Notes: generated from the letters alone by a model not told the origin. Numbered from the stretch's first letter, positions 44,800-54,317 are shown. The stretch: 64,000 nucleotides of DNA from Candidatus Zipacnadum vermilionense (GCA_029821755.1 JALGSV010000006.1:42018-106017); one strand, 5' to 3'. A program made the numbers and translations.

Positions 44800-44828
44800 A
44801 CTGTATCCCAACCATCGCCGTTTGTCAA
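44800..44828 (-). promoter_or_regulatory. Sigma70 promoter of csp, TTGACA-N17-TACAGT
   Basis: Consensus -35 with 17-nt spacing. Confidence 0.65.
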
Positions 44829-44986
44829 CGAGAGAGGGCGCACTCCTGTTGATACAACGTAAGATGACGTCAGCACGTTGTCAGTTATGTGACGGGGGAT
44901 GCCGCGGGGGTGGCCGCGCGGGTAGCGGGGGCGTCGTTGGCGCACGAAATGGGAGCCATCCGGCCCTGCTGCGGCACCACCTGCCC

Positions 44987-45015
44987 TTGCCTCACCCCGC
45001 CGCCGGGTGTAGAAT
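44987..45015 (+). promoter_or_regulatory. Sigma70 promoter of pdxS, TTGCCT-N17-TAGAAT
   Basis: Canonical spacing upstream of SD AGGAGG and GTG 45098. Confidence 0.6.
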
Positions 45016-45097
45016 CATGGCCCAATACTCTGGACGACGCGACCAGGCCCTAGGTCTGGCCCCCGCGACTTCCCATGCTGGCAGGAGGAATCTCATC

Positions 45098-46012
45098 GTG
45101 TCGGAACAGTCCGTAGATAAATCAACTGTCGATCAATCGACTTGGCGAAACAAGGTGGGCCTCGCCGAGATGCTGCGGGGCGGGGTGATCATGGACGTTA
45201 CCACTCCCGAGCAGGCCAAGATCGCCGAGGACGCCGGCGCGGTTTCGGTCATGGCCCTGGAGAGGGTCCCCGCCGACATCCGCGCCGAGGGCGGCGTGGC
45301 CCGCATGGCCGACCTCCCGGTCATCGAGCGCATCATGGAGGTCGTGACCATTCCGGTCATGGCCAAGTGCCGCATCGGCCACTTCGCCGAGGCGCAGGTG
45401 CTGGAGTCCGTCGGCGTGGACTTCATCGACGAGAGCGAAGTCCTTACTCCTGCCGACGAGAAATACCACGTGTGGAAGCACGACTTCAAGGTGCCCTTCG
45501 TTTGTGGCTGCACTTGCCTGGCCGAGGCCCTGCGGCGCATCGGGGAGGGCGCGGCGATGATCCGCACCAAAGGCGAGGCCGGCAGCGGCAATATCGTCGA
45601 GGCCACCCGCCACATGCGCACCGTCATCTCTGAGATGAACCGGATCAAAGAATTGCGCCAGGAAGAGCTGATGACCACCGCCAAGGAGATGGGCGCGCCC
45701 TTCGACCTGGTGCAGGTTATCCATGACAGCGGTAAGCTCCCCGTCCCCAACTTCTCCGCAGGCGGCATCGCCACCCCGGCCGACGCGGCGCTCATGATGC
45801 AACTGGGGGCCGAGGCGGTCTTCGTGGGCTCGGGCATCTTCAAGTCCGAAGATCCGGCCGAGCGCGCCGCGGCAGTCGTACACGCCATCACCTACTACGA
45901 GGACCCGGCCGAAGTCGCCAAGGCCTGCCGCGGCCTGCGCGGCGCGGCCATGGCGGGGATAGACGTGAGCAAGCTGGAGGACCACGAGCGCATGGCGACG
46001 AGGGGCTGGTAG
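45098..46012 (+). CDS. pdxS: Pyridoxal 5'-phosphate synthase, lyase subunit
   Basis: [36 protein letters not shown] and GSGIFKS motifs. Confidence 0.97.
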   Translation: MSEQSVDKSTVDQSTWRNKVGLAEMLRGGVIMDVTTPEQAKIAEDAGAVSVMALERVPADIRAEGGVARMADLPVIERIMEVVTIPVMAKCRIGHFAEAQVLESVGVDFIDESEVLTPADEKYHVWKHDFKVPFVCGCTCLAEALRRIGEGAAMIRTKGEAGSGNIVEATRHMRTVISEMNRIKELRQEELMTTAKEMGAPFDLVQVIHDSGKLPVPNFSAGGIATPADAALMMQLGAEAVFVGSGIFKSEDPAERAAAVVHAITYYEDPAEVAKACRGLRGAAMAGIDVSKLEDHERMATRGW

Positions 46013-46017
46013 TCCCC

Positions 46018-46075
46018 GGTGGCACCGGCGTCTCGCGGGTACTAGGGCGCAGGCTAAGAGGCCCGCGCTACCCAC
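46018..46075. repeat. Family A REP (inverted) plus a GCAGGCT..GCCCGCGCTACCC REP
   Basis: Contains the same two motifs as 4702-4781; lies right after the pdxS stop. Confidence 0.7.
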
Positions 46076-46079
46076 CGCA

Positions 46080-46814
46080 ATGATCATCATCGGCCTGCCC
46101 GCCTACAATGAGGAAAAAGCACTCTCGCGTCTCCTCCCGGACCTGGCCGCAGCGATGGGGGAGGCGCACCTCCCCTATCGCATCCTGGTGGTGGACGACG
46201 GCAGCTCCGACCGGACCGCTGCCGTCGTCGAGTCCTGCGCCGACCACCTGAGCGTCAAGCTGGTGCAGCATCCTCACAACCAGGGCCTGGGCGCGGCCAT
46301 GCAGACCATGTTCAGCACGGCCCTGGCCGACCTGGGTGAGGACGACATCCTGGTCACCATGGACGCTGATGAGTCTCACCGCCCGGCGCTGATCGCCCCT
46401 ATGGTGCAGAAGATCCGCGAGGGCGCCGAGGTGGTCATCGCCTCTCGCTACCGGCCCGGCGCGCAGATCATCGGCGTTCCCACCCACCGCAACCTGATGA
46501 GCAGCGGCGCCGCCTGGCTCTTCCGCATCTTGGCCCCGGTGCGCGGCGCCAAAGACTACACCTGCGGTTACCGGGCCTACACCGCCCCGGTCCTGCGCCG
46601 CATGGCCGCCGCCTACGGCGAGACGCTCACCACCGAATCCGGCTTCGCCTGCATGGTGGACCTCCTGCTCAAGCTCGGCAGCCTGGGCGCGGTGGTGGCC
46701 GAGGTGCCGATGATCCTGCGCTACGACCTCAAGCCGGGCCCGTCCAAGATGAACGTGCGCCAGACGGTGCGGGATACGCTGCGGCTGTTGGGGCGGAGGA
46801 GAAGTCGCAGGTAG
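46080..46814 (+). CDS. GT2 glycosyltransferase (polyprenol-phosphate sugar synthase-like)
   Basis: PAYNE, VDDGSSD, MDAD, ASRY and DYTCGYRAY motifs. Confidence 0.9.
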   Translation: MIIIGLPAYNEEKALSRLLPDLAAAMGEAHLPYRILVVDDGSSDRTAAVVESCADHLSVKLVQHPHNQGLGAAMQTMFSTALADLGEDDILVTMDADESHRPALIAPMVQKIREGAEVVIASRYRPGAQIIGVPTHRNLMSSGAAWLFRILAPVRGAKDYTCGYRAYTAPVLRRMAAAYGETLTTESGFACMVDLLLKLGSLGAVVAEVPMILRYDLKPGPSKMNVRQTVRDTLRLLGRRRSRR

Positions 46815-46882
46815 TAACTCAAAGGTCGGAAGTAGGGGCACGGTCCACGGTGCCCGCTTGAGGGGCTTAGTCAAAGAAGACG

Positions 46883-48499
46883 ATGAAGGACGAGTCCCCG
46901 CTATCCCCCAGCACTCCCTCCCCACCCTCGCCGGCAAGGGCGCCCTCTCGTCTCCTGTGGTGGCTCTTTGCGGCTGTGCTGGCTGGCAACCTCCTGCTCT
47001 TCTCGGGGACTGTGCGCTCGGCGGACGGCGGGACCATGCTGGCCGTGACCCGCAGCCTAGCCACGCACGGAGACGCTGCGGTGCCCCCGGGATCGGTGGG
47101 GCGCCCGGGTCGGGACGGACGGCTCTACGCGCAGTATGGCCCGGCCTGTTCGGTGGCTGCCCTCCCGCTCTTCCTGGCCGGACATGGCCTGGCGCGGGCT
47201 GCCCACCTATCGCCGGAGCGTACCGCGCAGGTCGAGGAGTTTGCGGTCGCCCTGTTCAACCCGCTGGTCGTGGCTCTGATCGCGGTGCTGGCGTGCGCCG
47301 CAGCCTTGGAGTTGGGGGTAGGCCCTCGCTGGGCCGCGGCCGGGGGGCTGCTGTGTACTTTCGGCACCGGCCTGGTCGTGCAGATGAAGGACTTCAACAG
47401 CGAGCCGCTGACCGCCCTGCTCTTGCTGGCCGCCTTCTATGTGCTCTTGCGGCAGCGGAGGTCGGTAACCGGCGGCGGCATGGCCCTGGCCGGAGCGTTG
47501 GCTGGAGCGGCGATTCTCGCCCGCCCGTCCAACGCGCTGGGGGCAGCTATACTCGGCGGGGCGGTGGTGGTCCTGGCGGTGAGGAAGGCAGGGGGTCTCC
47601 GCGGCCTCGCCGCCGTAGTCTGCTTCGCGCTGCCGGTTCTGGCCGGAATGGGGCTGTACGGCTGGTACAACTACGCCCGCTTCGGCAATGCCCTGGACAC
47701 CGGCTACCACCAGGTGACCTTCAACTACCCTCTCTGGCGAGGGCTATGGCTACAGCTTTTCAGCCTCGAGCGCGGGCTGGTCTGGTACGACCCACTGGTC
47801 CTCCTGGCCCCGGCGGGAGCGGCCCTCCTGTGGCGGCGCGAGCGGGGCGCGACGGCGCTGGCGGGGGCGCTGGCGATCGGCTTCCTGTTGCTGTACTCTA
47901 CCTACGCCCAGGCTCCCGCGGGCGGGCACAGCATGGGGCAGCGGTTCCTGCTGATGGTGATCCCGCTGCTGGTGCTACTGGCGCTGCCGGCGGTCGAGAA
48001 GGCCTTCGGAGGGGCGCATCACGGGTCCGCGCCCTACAGCACGCCCCGTCCTTGGACACGCCGCCTGGTTGTGGCTATAATCGCAGTCTCGGTGCTGGTG
48101 CAGTTGCCACTCGTGTGGGTCAATCCCTCCTACTACTACGCGGTGCTCGGCGCCGAGCGGGAAGCAGAGGGAGCGCCGACGGTGGGGGTACAGGCGGGGC
48201 AGACGGTGTTGGCTCGCTCCTGGAGCCTGGCCGCGCAGGTCGCGGGAGACGTGCTAGCCCGGCCCGGATGGGTCCGCGCCCTGCCGGAGCACATCGGTCC
48301 CACCGCGACGGCGGCGGAGATGTTGCCCGGCCCGCGCTCCTTCCACGTCCCCTACTTCTGGTGGGCGCTGGCCTGGGCCTATGGGGTGCCGGTGGTGGTG
48401 CTGCTGGGGGTGGGGCTGGTGAATCTACTCTTGGCTGCCTACTGCGCTGGAAGGCTGGCTCGTTATCTACGGCTTGCACCCGAGGTGATTGCCACATGA
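46883..48499 (+). CDS. Multi-pass membrane GT-C-type (ArnT/PMT-like) glycosyltransferase
   Basis: Many TM helices; DG in the first loop, SEPL, YNYARFG and GQRFLL motifs; flanked by two GT2 genes. Confidence 0.65.
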   Translation: MKDESPLSPSTPSPPSPARAPSRLLWWLFAAVLAGNLLLFSGTVRSADGGTMLAVTRSLATHGDAAVPPGSVGRPGRDGRLYAQYGPACSVAALPLFLAGHGLARAAHLSPERTAQVEEFAVALFNPLVVALIAVLACAAALELGVGPRWAAAGGLLCTFGTGLVVQMKDFNSEPLTALLLLAAFYVLLRQRRSVTGGGMALAGALAGAAILARPSNALGAAILGGAVVVLAVRKAGGLRGLAAVVCFALPVLAGMGLYGWYNYARFGNALDTGYHQVTFNYPLWRGLWLQLFSLERGLVWYDPLVLLAPAGAALLWRRERGATALAGALAIGFLLLYSTYAQAPAGGHSMGQRFLLMVIPLLVLLALPAVEKAFGGAHHGSAPYSTPRPWTRRLVVAIIAVSVLVQLPLVWVNPSYYYAVLGAEREAEGAPTVGVQAGQTVLARSWSLAAQVAGDVLARPGWVRALPEHIGPTATAAEMLPGPRSFHVPYFWWALAWAYGVPVVVLLGVGLVNLLLAAYCAGRLARYLRLAPEVIAT

Positions 48500-49182
48500 A
48501 ACTCTCCGTGATCATGCCGGTTTACAACGAGAGGCCGACGGTGGAGGAGATCGTGCGGCGGGTGCTGGCCGAGGGGCATGAGAAGGAGCTGATCATCGTC
48601 GATGATGGCTCTACCGACGGCACGCGCGAGATTCTGGCGCGACTGGCGCAGGCCCAGCCGGACCGCATCCGCGTGATCCTGCACGAGCGCAACCAGGGCA
48701 AGGGCGCCGCGGTACGCACCGGCTTGGCGCAGGCCACCGGCGACGTCCTGCTCATCCAGGACGCCGACCTGGAGTACGACCCTGCCGACTACAGCCTCCT
48801 GCTCGAACCGATTGAGCAGGGGCAGGCCGATGTCGTCTACGGCTCGCGCTTCCTGGGGGTGCACCGCGCTTTTATGTTCTGGCACATGGTCGGCAACCGG
48901 CTACTGACCTTCGTCACCAACGTCTTGTACAACGCCACCCTCACCGACATGGAGACCTGCTACAAGGCCATCCGCAGGGAGTTCCTGGTGGGGATGCGCC
49001 TGCGCAGCAACACCTTCGATATCGAGCCGGAGATCACCGCCAAGCTACTCAAGCGCAAGGCGCGGCTGTATGAAGTGCCCATCCACTACTACGGCCGGGA
49101 CTTCACCGAGGGCAAGAAGATTCACTGGCACGACGGCTTCCGGGCGATCTGGACGTTGATAAAGTACCGGTTTGTAGAGTAG
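48496..49182 (+). CDS. GT2 glycosyltransferase (DPM1-like)
   Basis: SVIMPVYNE, VDDGSTDG, QDADLEYDP and DMETCYK motifs; ATGA overlap with the upstream gene. Confidence 0.92.
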   Translation: MKLSVIMPVYNERPTVEEIVRRVLAEGHEKELIIVDDGSTDGTREILARLAQAQPDRIRVILHERNQGKGAAVRTGLAQATGDVLLIQDADLEYDPADYSLLLEPIEQGQADVVYGSRFLGVHRAFMFWHMVGNRLLTFVTNVLYNATLTDMETCYKAIRREFLVGMRLRSNTFDIEPEITAKLLKRKARLYEVPIHYYGRDFTEGKKIHWHDGFRAIWTLIKYRFVE

Positions 49183-49228
49183 TCACCAGTCGCGAGTAGG
49201 GGACGAGAGACAGTAAGGAGTACCTATC

Positions 49229-49621
49229 ATGCCGAGCAAGATGCACCACATCGGAGTAGAGGTCAGGGACATCGAGCGGTCCGAGGCGTTCTACGTCGGC
49301 CTGCTGGACTTCCACAAGGTAGCGGAGTTCCAGTTCGAGGAGAGTGGGCGGCGGATCGTCTTCCTCGACCTGGACGGCGTGAGCCTGGAGCTCTTGAGCG
49401 CGCCGGGGGATGAGGCGTACATGGAGCCGCCGGAGACGCAGTGCGGCTACAAGCACCTGGCCCTGGTCACCGAGGACGTGGACGGCGACATCGCCCGCTT
49501 GCGCGAGGCGGGGACGACCATTCGCCTAGAGCCCACCGAGATCCCAGCGATCAAGGCCCGCATCGCCTTTGTGGAGGATCCCGACGGGATTCCGGTCGAG
49601 TTGTGGCAGGACCTCGCCTAG
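49229..49621 (+). CDS. VOC/glyoxalase-family protein
   Basis: HHIG...FY, LEL, HLAL and FVEDPDGIPVEL motifs. Confidence 0.9.
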   Translation: MPSKMHHIGVEVRDIERSEAFYVGLLDFHKVAEFQFEESGRRIVFLDLDGVSLELLSAPGDEAYMEPPETQCGYKHLALVTEDVDGDIARLREAGTTIRLEPTEIPAIKARIAFVEDPDGIPVELWQDLA

Positions 49622-49715
49622 CCAGTGACAGTGGGCAGTAGACAGGGCCAGTGAACCCTCCCGGCAGCGCTTCCCGCTGCCCCTGACGTCCGCCGACTGA
49701 TACCTTCTGATTCCC

Positions 49716-50930
49716 ATGCGCAGATACGTCGTCCTCATCGCCTCCGTGGTCATTCAGATATGCCTCGGGGGCACTTATGCGTGGAGCGCTTTTGTCCCGG
49801 CGCTCAGCGAGAAGTATGGCCTGAGCAGCGCCCAGACGCAAACCATCTTCGGCGTCACCATCGCGGTGCTGACCCTCTCCATGGTGCTTTCTGGGAGGTT
49901 ACAGGATCGCTACGGGCCGCGCCTGGTGGCCATGATCGGCGCTGCTCTGTACGCTTGTGGCTACGTGCTGGCCTCCTTCTCCCACGGCGCGTATCCCCTG
50001 CTCTTGCTGGAGGTCGGCTTCATCGTCGGCGCCGGCATCGGCTTCGTCTACGTCTGCTCCCTGGCCACCTGCATCAAATGGTTCCCCGAGCGCAAGGGGC
50101 TGATCACCGGCGTAGCGGTGGCGGGCTACGGCGCGGGGGCCATCGTCCTGTCCTACCTGGCAACGGCCCTGTTCGCCCGGGGACTAGACGTGCTGGAGAT
50201 CTTCCGCTGGATTGGCCTCTGCTACGGTGTGGTGGTCTTTCTGGGCGCGCTGCTGCTGAGTGTCCCCGCGACCGCCAGCCCGGCGCAGGCGCGGGTGAGT
50301 GTGGGCTTGGGCGAGGTGCTCGGCCACCGGGCCTTCTGGGGACTGGCAGTCGGGGTGTTCTGCGGCACCTGCGCCGGGGTGATTGTGATCGGCAATCTCA
50401 AGCCTATGGGCCTCCACGCCGGGGTCGGTCTCGGCGTGGCCACGACCGCGATCAGTGCCCTGGCGGTCGGCAACGCTCTCGGCCGGATCTCCTGGGGCCT
50501 GCTCTACGACCGCTGGGGACAAGCGGTTATCCCGTTGTCGCTGCTCTTCCTGGCGGGAGCCGACCTGGCCTTGCTGGGTGCGCGGGGCAGCGGAGCTGGG
50601 CTCCTGCTGGCCGCCCTCGCGGTGGGCCTAGGTTACGGAGCCTGCGTGGTCCTGTATGCCGCCCGCGTCGCCTCGGTCTGGGGCCCCGAGCGCGTGGGGA
50701 GCGTCTACCCCATGGTTATGCTCTTCCACGGGGCCGCCGCCTTCGTGGCCCCGGCGCTGGGCGGGCGACTGTTCGACGTGACTGGCGACTTCACTCTGTC
50801 GCTGCTGCTGGCCGCCAGCACCGCCCTGGTGGGCGCTGCGGCGGTGTGGATGCTCATGGCGCGCGACGCAGCCCCGCCGACCCCGGCGGTGACCTCCGAA
50901 GCAATGCTGATGGTCGAGCCGCCGGACTGA
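49716..50930 (+). CDS. MFS transporter (OFA, oxalate:formate antiporter-like)
   Basis: YAWSAF, GRLQDRYGPR, KWFPERKGLITG and GNALGRISWG motifs. Confidence 0.9.
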   Translation: MRRYVVLIASVVIQICLGGTYAWSAFVPALSEKYGLSSAQTQTIFGVTIAVLTLSMVLSGRLQDRYGPRLVAMIGAALYACGYVLASFSHGAYPLLLLEVGFIVGAGIGFVYVCSLATCIKWFPERKGLITGVAVAGYGAGAIVLSYLATALFARGLDVLEIFRWIGLCYGVVVFLGALLLSVPATASPAQARVSVGLGEVLGHRAFWGLAVGVFCGTCAGVIVIGNLKPMGLHAGVGLGVATTAISALAVGNALGRISWGLLYDRWGQAVIPLSLLFLAGADLALLGARGSGAGLLLAALAVGLGYGACVVLYAARVASVWGPERVGSVYPMVMLFHGAAAFVAPALGGRLFDVTGDFTLSLLLAASTALVGAAAVWMLMARDAAPPTPAVTSEAMLMVEPPD

Positions 50931-50961
50931 ACGTACGCACGGGAAGCCGCGTCGACTCCCC

Positions 50962-51095
50962 GTAGGGGCGGATATTGCGGCTTCCGAGCCGCAATATCCG
51001 CCCGCGCCCGTCGAGAACGTCACTATTGCCATGGCTTGTGGCTTCCGTGGGCGGATGTTTCGCGGGATACGGCCCCGCGAAGTATCCGCCCCTAC
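50962..51095. repeat. GTAG-type REP doublet (family C)
   Basis: Inverted relative of 28043-28190; lies between the tandem MFS paralogs. Confidence 0.85.
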
Positions 51096-51138
51096 GGGGT
51101 CACCGGAACCGTTCACACACGCCCTGGACGCAGACTTC

Positions 51139-52437
51139 ATGGATCACCATCTCCCCGAGACAATCAGCGTCGCCGATGAACTGGCCGGTCCGTTGGAGCC
51201 GGCCGCACTGACCTGTCCGGTCCCCTCCAGGCGGCGCTGGACGGTACTGGTCGCCTCGGTGGTGATGCAACTAGCGCTCGGCGGCATCTACGCCTGGAGC
51301 ACCTTCGCCGTTCCTCTGCGCCAAGGGCACGGCTTAACCAACGCCCAAACCCAGATGATCTTCGGCCTCACCATCGCCCTGCTAACCACCTCCCAAATCA
51401 TCTCCGGCCGCCTACAGATACGCCACGGCCCCCGCCGGGTGGCGCTGCTGGGCGCCGTGCTCTACGGCAGCGGCTACGTGATCGCCGGCTACTCCGGCGG
51501 CAGCTTCCCGGTGCTGCTAGTGGGCATCGGTCTCATCGGCGGACTGGGCACCGGCCTGGCCTACCTGTGCCCGGTTACCAGTTGCCTTTGCTGGTTCCCC
51601 GAGCGCAAGGGCCTCATCACCGGCATCGCCGTCGCGGGCTTCGGGGCGGGGGCAATTGTCCTGTCGGTAGTGGCTCGCGTGGCCTTCAACCACGGCTGGG
51701 ACGTGCTGCGCTTCTTTTGCTGGATGGGCCCTGTCTGGGGCGCGATAGTCCTGCTCAGCGCTCTGTTCCTGTCGACGCCCGCCCTCGCGCCCGGCGAGGA
51801 GCTGCCGGAGCGGCCCCTGTTCTTGACGCTGCTCCGCAGGCGAGATTTCCAGCGCCTGGTTTTGGGGACGTATTGCATCTCCTTCGCCGGCCTGACCGTC
51901 ATCGGCAGCCTGGAGCCAATGGGGCGCGCGGCCAGTCTCGCCCCGGCGATAGCTACCCTCGCCATCAGCCTGCTGGCGGTGGGGAATTCCGTCGGGCGGA
52001 TCACCTGGGGCGGGGTATATGATCGCGTGGGGCGCGCCTCCGTGCCTGCGGCCCTGTTCTGCACCGGCCTGGCGGCCCTGGCCATGCTCTCGCTGGGCCG
52101 GAGCCAACCGGGCTACCTCTTCGCCGCCATCGTCACCGGGCTGACCTACAGCGCGACCACAGTGCTGTTCGCCGCGGAGGTCGCCACCCTCTGGGGTCCC
52201 TCGCTGGTCGGCGTCATCTACCCCTTCCTAAGTGTCTTCACCGGTCTGGCGGCGCTCACCGGCCCCTCGATAACCGGTGCCCTATACGACCGCACCGGAA
52301 GCTACGCCCCCGCTCTGCTGCTCAGCGCGGCGGTAGCGATAATCGGAGCGGCTCTGATATGGAAGTGGCCGCACCTTGACGATACGCGGCCAACCAACGA
52401 CAATAGCAGACAGACGGCGCCAGCGACGAGGGAGTAG
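51139..52437 (+). CDS. MFS transporter (OFA-like), tandem paralog
   Basis: YAWSTF, WFPERKGLITG and GRITWG motifs. Confidence 0.88.
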   Translation: MDHHLPETISVADELAGPLEPAALTCPVPSRRRWTVLVASVVMQLALGGIYAWSTFAVPLRQGHGLTNAQTQMIFGLTIALLTTSQIISGRLQIRHGPRRVALLGAVLYGSGYVIAGYSGGSFPVLLVGIGLIGGLGTGLAYLCPVTSCLCWFPERKGLITGIAVAGFGAGAIVLSVVARVAFNHGWDVLRFFCWMGPVWGAIVLLSALFLSTPALAPGEELPERPLFLTLLRRRDFQRLVLGTYCISFAGLTVIGSLEPMGRAASLAPAIATLAISLLAVGNSVGRITWGGVYDRVGRASVPAALFCTGLAALAMLSLGRSQPGYLFAAIVTGLTYSATTVLFAAEVATLWGPSLVGVIYPFLSVFTGLAALTGPSITGALYDRTGSYAPALLLSAAVAIIGAALIWKWPHLDDTRPTNDNSRQTAPATRE

Positions 52438-52460
52438 GCGCCGGTGGAGGTTTTCCAGTA

Positions 52461-53036
52461 GTGAAGATCGGGGTATTGAGCTTACAGGGCGATTTCGCCG
52501 AGCATATAGTGGCTTTGCGGGAGGCGGGAGCGGACGCGGCAGCGGTCAAGAAGCCGGAGGACGTGCTCTCCTGCGCCGGACTAGTGATTCCCGGCGGAGA
52601 GTCCACTACCATCGGCAAGCTGTGCGTGCGCTTTGGCGTGGGGGAGGCTATCCAGGAGCTGGCCCGCCGCGGCGCCCCGATCTGGGGCACCTGCGCCGGG
52701 ATGATCCTGCTCGCCAAGGAGATTGAGGAGAGCGACCAGTGGCGTCTGGGCCTGATGGACATTGCCGTGCGCCGCAATGCCTTCGGGCGGCAGGTGGATA
52801 GCTTCGAGGCGGACGTGCCGATGGCCGGTGTCGAGGGCGGCCCGGTGAGGGCAGTATTCATCCGCGCCCCCCACGTCACGCGAGTCCTCGACGGCGCCGA
52901 GGCGCTGGCGACCCTCCATGACAAGATCATCGCCGCCCGCCAGGGCCAGTTCCTGGTCACGGCGTTTCATCCGGAGCTGACGGACGACCGGCGGGTGCAG
53001 GAGTATTTCATCGGGATGGTGCGGGAGGGGAAGTGA
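52461..53036 (+). CDS. pdxT: Pyridoxal 5'-phosphate synthase, glutaminase subunit
   Basis: IGVLSLQG, PGGESTT, GTCAG, RNAFGRQVDSFE and FHPE motifs. Confidence 0.97.
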   Translation: MKIGVLSLQGDFAEHIVALREAGADAAAVKKPEDVLSCAGLVIPGGESTTIGKLCVRFGVGEAIQELARRGAPIWGTCAGMILLAKEIEESDQWRLGLMDIAVRRNAFGRQVDSFEADVPMAGVEGGPVRAVFIRAPHVTRVLDGAEALATLHDKIIAARQGQFLVTAFHPELTDDRRVQEYFIGMVREGK

Positions 53037-54317
53037 GGTAGGGCGGGGGCTACGTCCCCCGCCGCTCCCCAGCTCCATCCCAGCCATAGTACTGCGACCA
53101 CCAGCATCGGTCTCAGAAAGGGTGAGCATCCATGCAAGGCGACTTAGACGAACTGCGGCGCTTCGTGGAAAAGGTGAAGGGTTTGGTGGCGCAAAGGGCT
53201 GACTTTGTCGAGGCACAGACCAGAATCGCTCTCGTGGATCCGCTGCTCAGGTGGCTGGGGTGGGACGTATCTGACCCCTCCCAGGTGCAGGTGGAATGGA
53301 AGCGAAAGGGCCAGAAAGAGGGTGTTGACTACGCCCTGTTCGAGGGGGACGATCTCCTGCTCCTAGTCGAAGCGAAGCAGCTCACTGACCCTCTCAAAGA
53401 TAGAGGTTTGTGGCAGCTAATCAAGTACGTTCCGATAAGCGAGTCAGAAAAGGCCCGGTGGGGCATCCTCACGAGTGGCCGCGTGATAGTATTGGTGAAC
53501 GCCGACCAGAAGGGCACCCTGGAGAGCAAAATCTTCTGGAGACTCGATCTGGCGCAGGTCGACGCCCCTGGCGGGCCGTCGCTTCAAGAGGCAGCAGACA
53601 ATCTCCGCCTCCTCAGAAAGGAAGCACTCTCCAGTGGAGAGACCGACAAGGCTTGGGATGAGGAGCAGGTGCAAAGCAAAGCAAGGGCCGCCGTCGAGGC
53701 CCTTTTAGGCGCCCCCTCGGAGGAGCTGGTGGAACTGGTCCGCAACCAGGCCGGCGCATCGGACCTGCCGAAGGACGTTGTCGCCGTTCATCTGGCGGCG
53801 CTAGTGGGAAAAGAGCCCAATGCCACGGCCACTGCAACGCCGGCAGGAGGCGGGGTTACCCATAGACGAAAGCTCGAGGTATATGATCGACCCTTCTACG
53901 AGGAGTCGCACGATGCAAAAGCCGTTGATCAGTTCCTCGCCGTGGCTGACGCGATAGAGAAGCTCGCGTCCGCCAAGAGGTGGGCTGTTAAGAAGAAACC
54001 CAATATGTACTACGTAGGGTTCAAGTACGGGAGTAGGATATGCTTTCTGGTACATTGGATCAGTAGAGTGAGTTGGGACCTGGGCTTCAGAGTCCCCGAG
54101 GGTGCAGTCGAGGAGATGGGGGCAGAGCACTGGAGCGTTCATAGCTACGATAGCAAATCGAGTTGGGCGGTAATTCGCTGTGCGGAGCCGGAAACGGCCA
54201 ATATAGAGGAACTCGAAGCGCTATTCGAGGCTGCCTACCGCTTCATCGCTGGGGCGTAACGCATAGGCCCGATGGGTGCAGGAGTATTTCATCCGGATGG
54301 TGCGGGAGAGAGAGTGA
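52993..54317 (+). mobile_element. Integrase-free insert bounded by 44-bp direct repeats of the pdxT 3' end (52993-53036 and 54274-54317)
   Basis: The two copies match at 40/44 nt and both end in TGA in the pdxT frame. Confidence 0.75.
53132..54259 (+). CDS. HsdR N-terminal-like PD-(D/E)xK nuclease with a C-terminal DUF5655-like domain
   Basis: LVDPLLRWLGWD, VDYAL, LVEAK, QLIKY and WGILTSG motifs; visibly more A/T-ending codons than the neighbours. Confidence 0.75.
   Translation: MQGDLDELRRFVEKVKGLVAQRADFVEAQTRIALVDPLLRWLGWDVSDPSQVQVEWKRKGQKEGVDYALFEGDDLLLLVEAKQLTDPLKDRGLWQLIKYVPISESEKARWGILTSGRVIVLVNADQKGTLESKIFWRLDLAQVDAPGGPSLQEAADNLRLLRKEALSSGETDKAWDEEQVQSKARAAVEALLGAPSEELVELVRNQAGASDLPKDVVAVHLAALVGKEPNATATATPAGGGVTHRRKLEVYDRPFYEESHDAKAVDQFLAVADAIEKLASAKRWAVKKKPNMYYVGFKYGSRICFLVHWISRVSWDLGFRVPEGAVEEMGAEHWSVHSYDSKSSWAVIRCAEPETANIEELEALFEAAYRFIAGA

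Noticed and set aside
46858-49182. 774-aa ORF suggesting a long N-terminal fusion to the GT2
   Set aside because: The first 546 codons are an off-frame shadow of the GT-C gene; the GT2 starts at the ATGA overlap at 48496.
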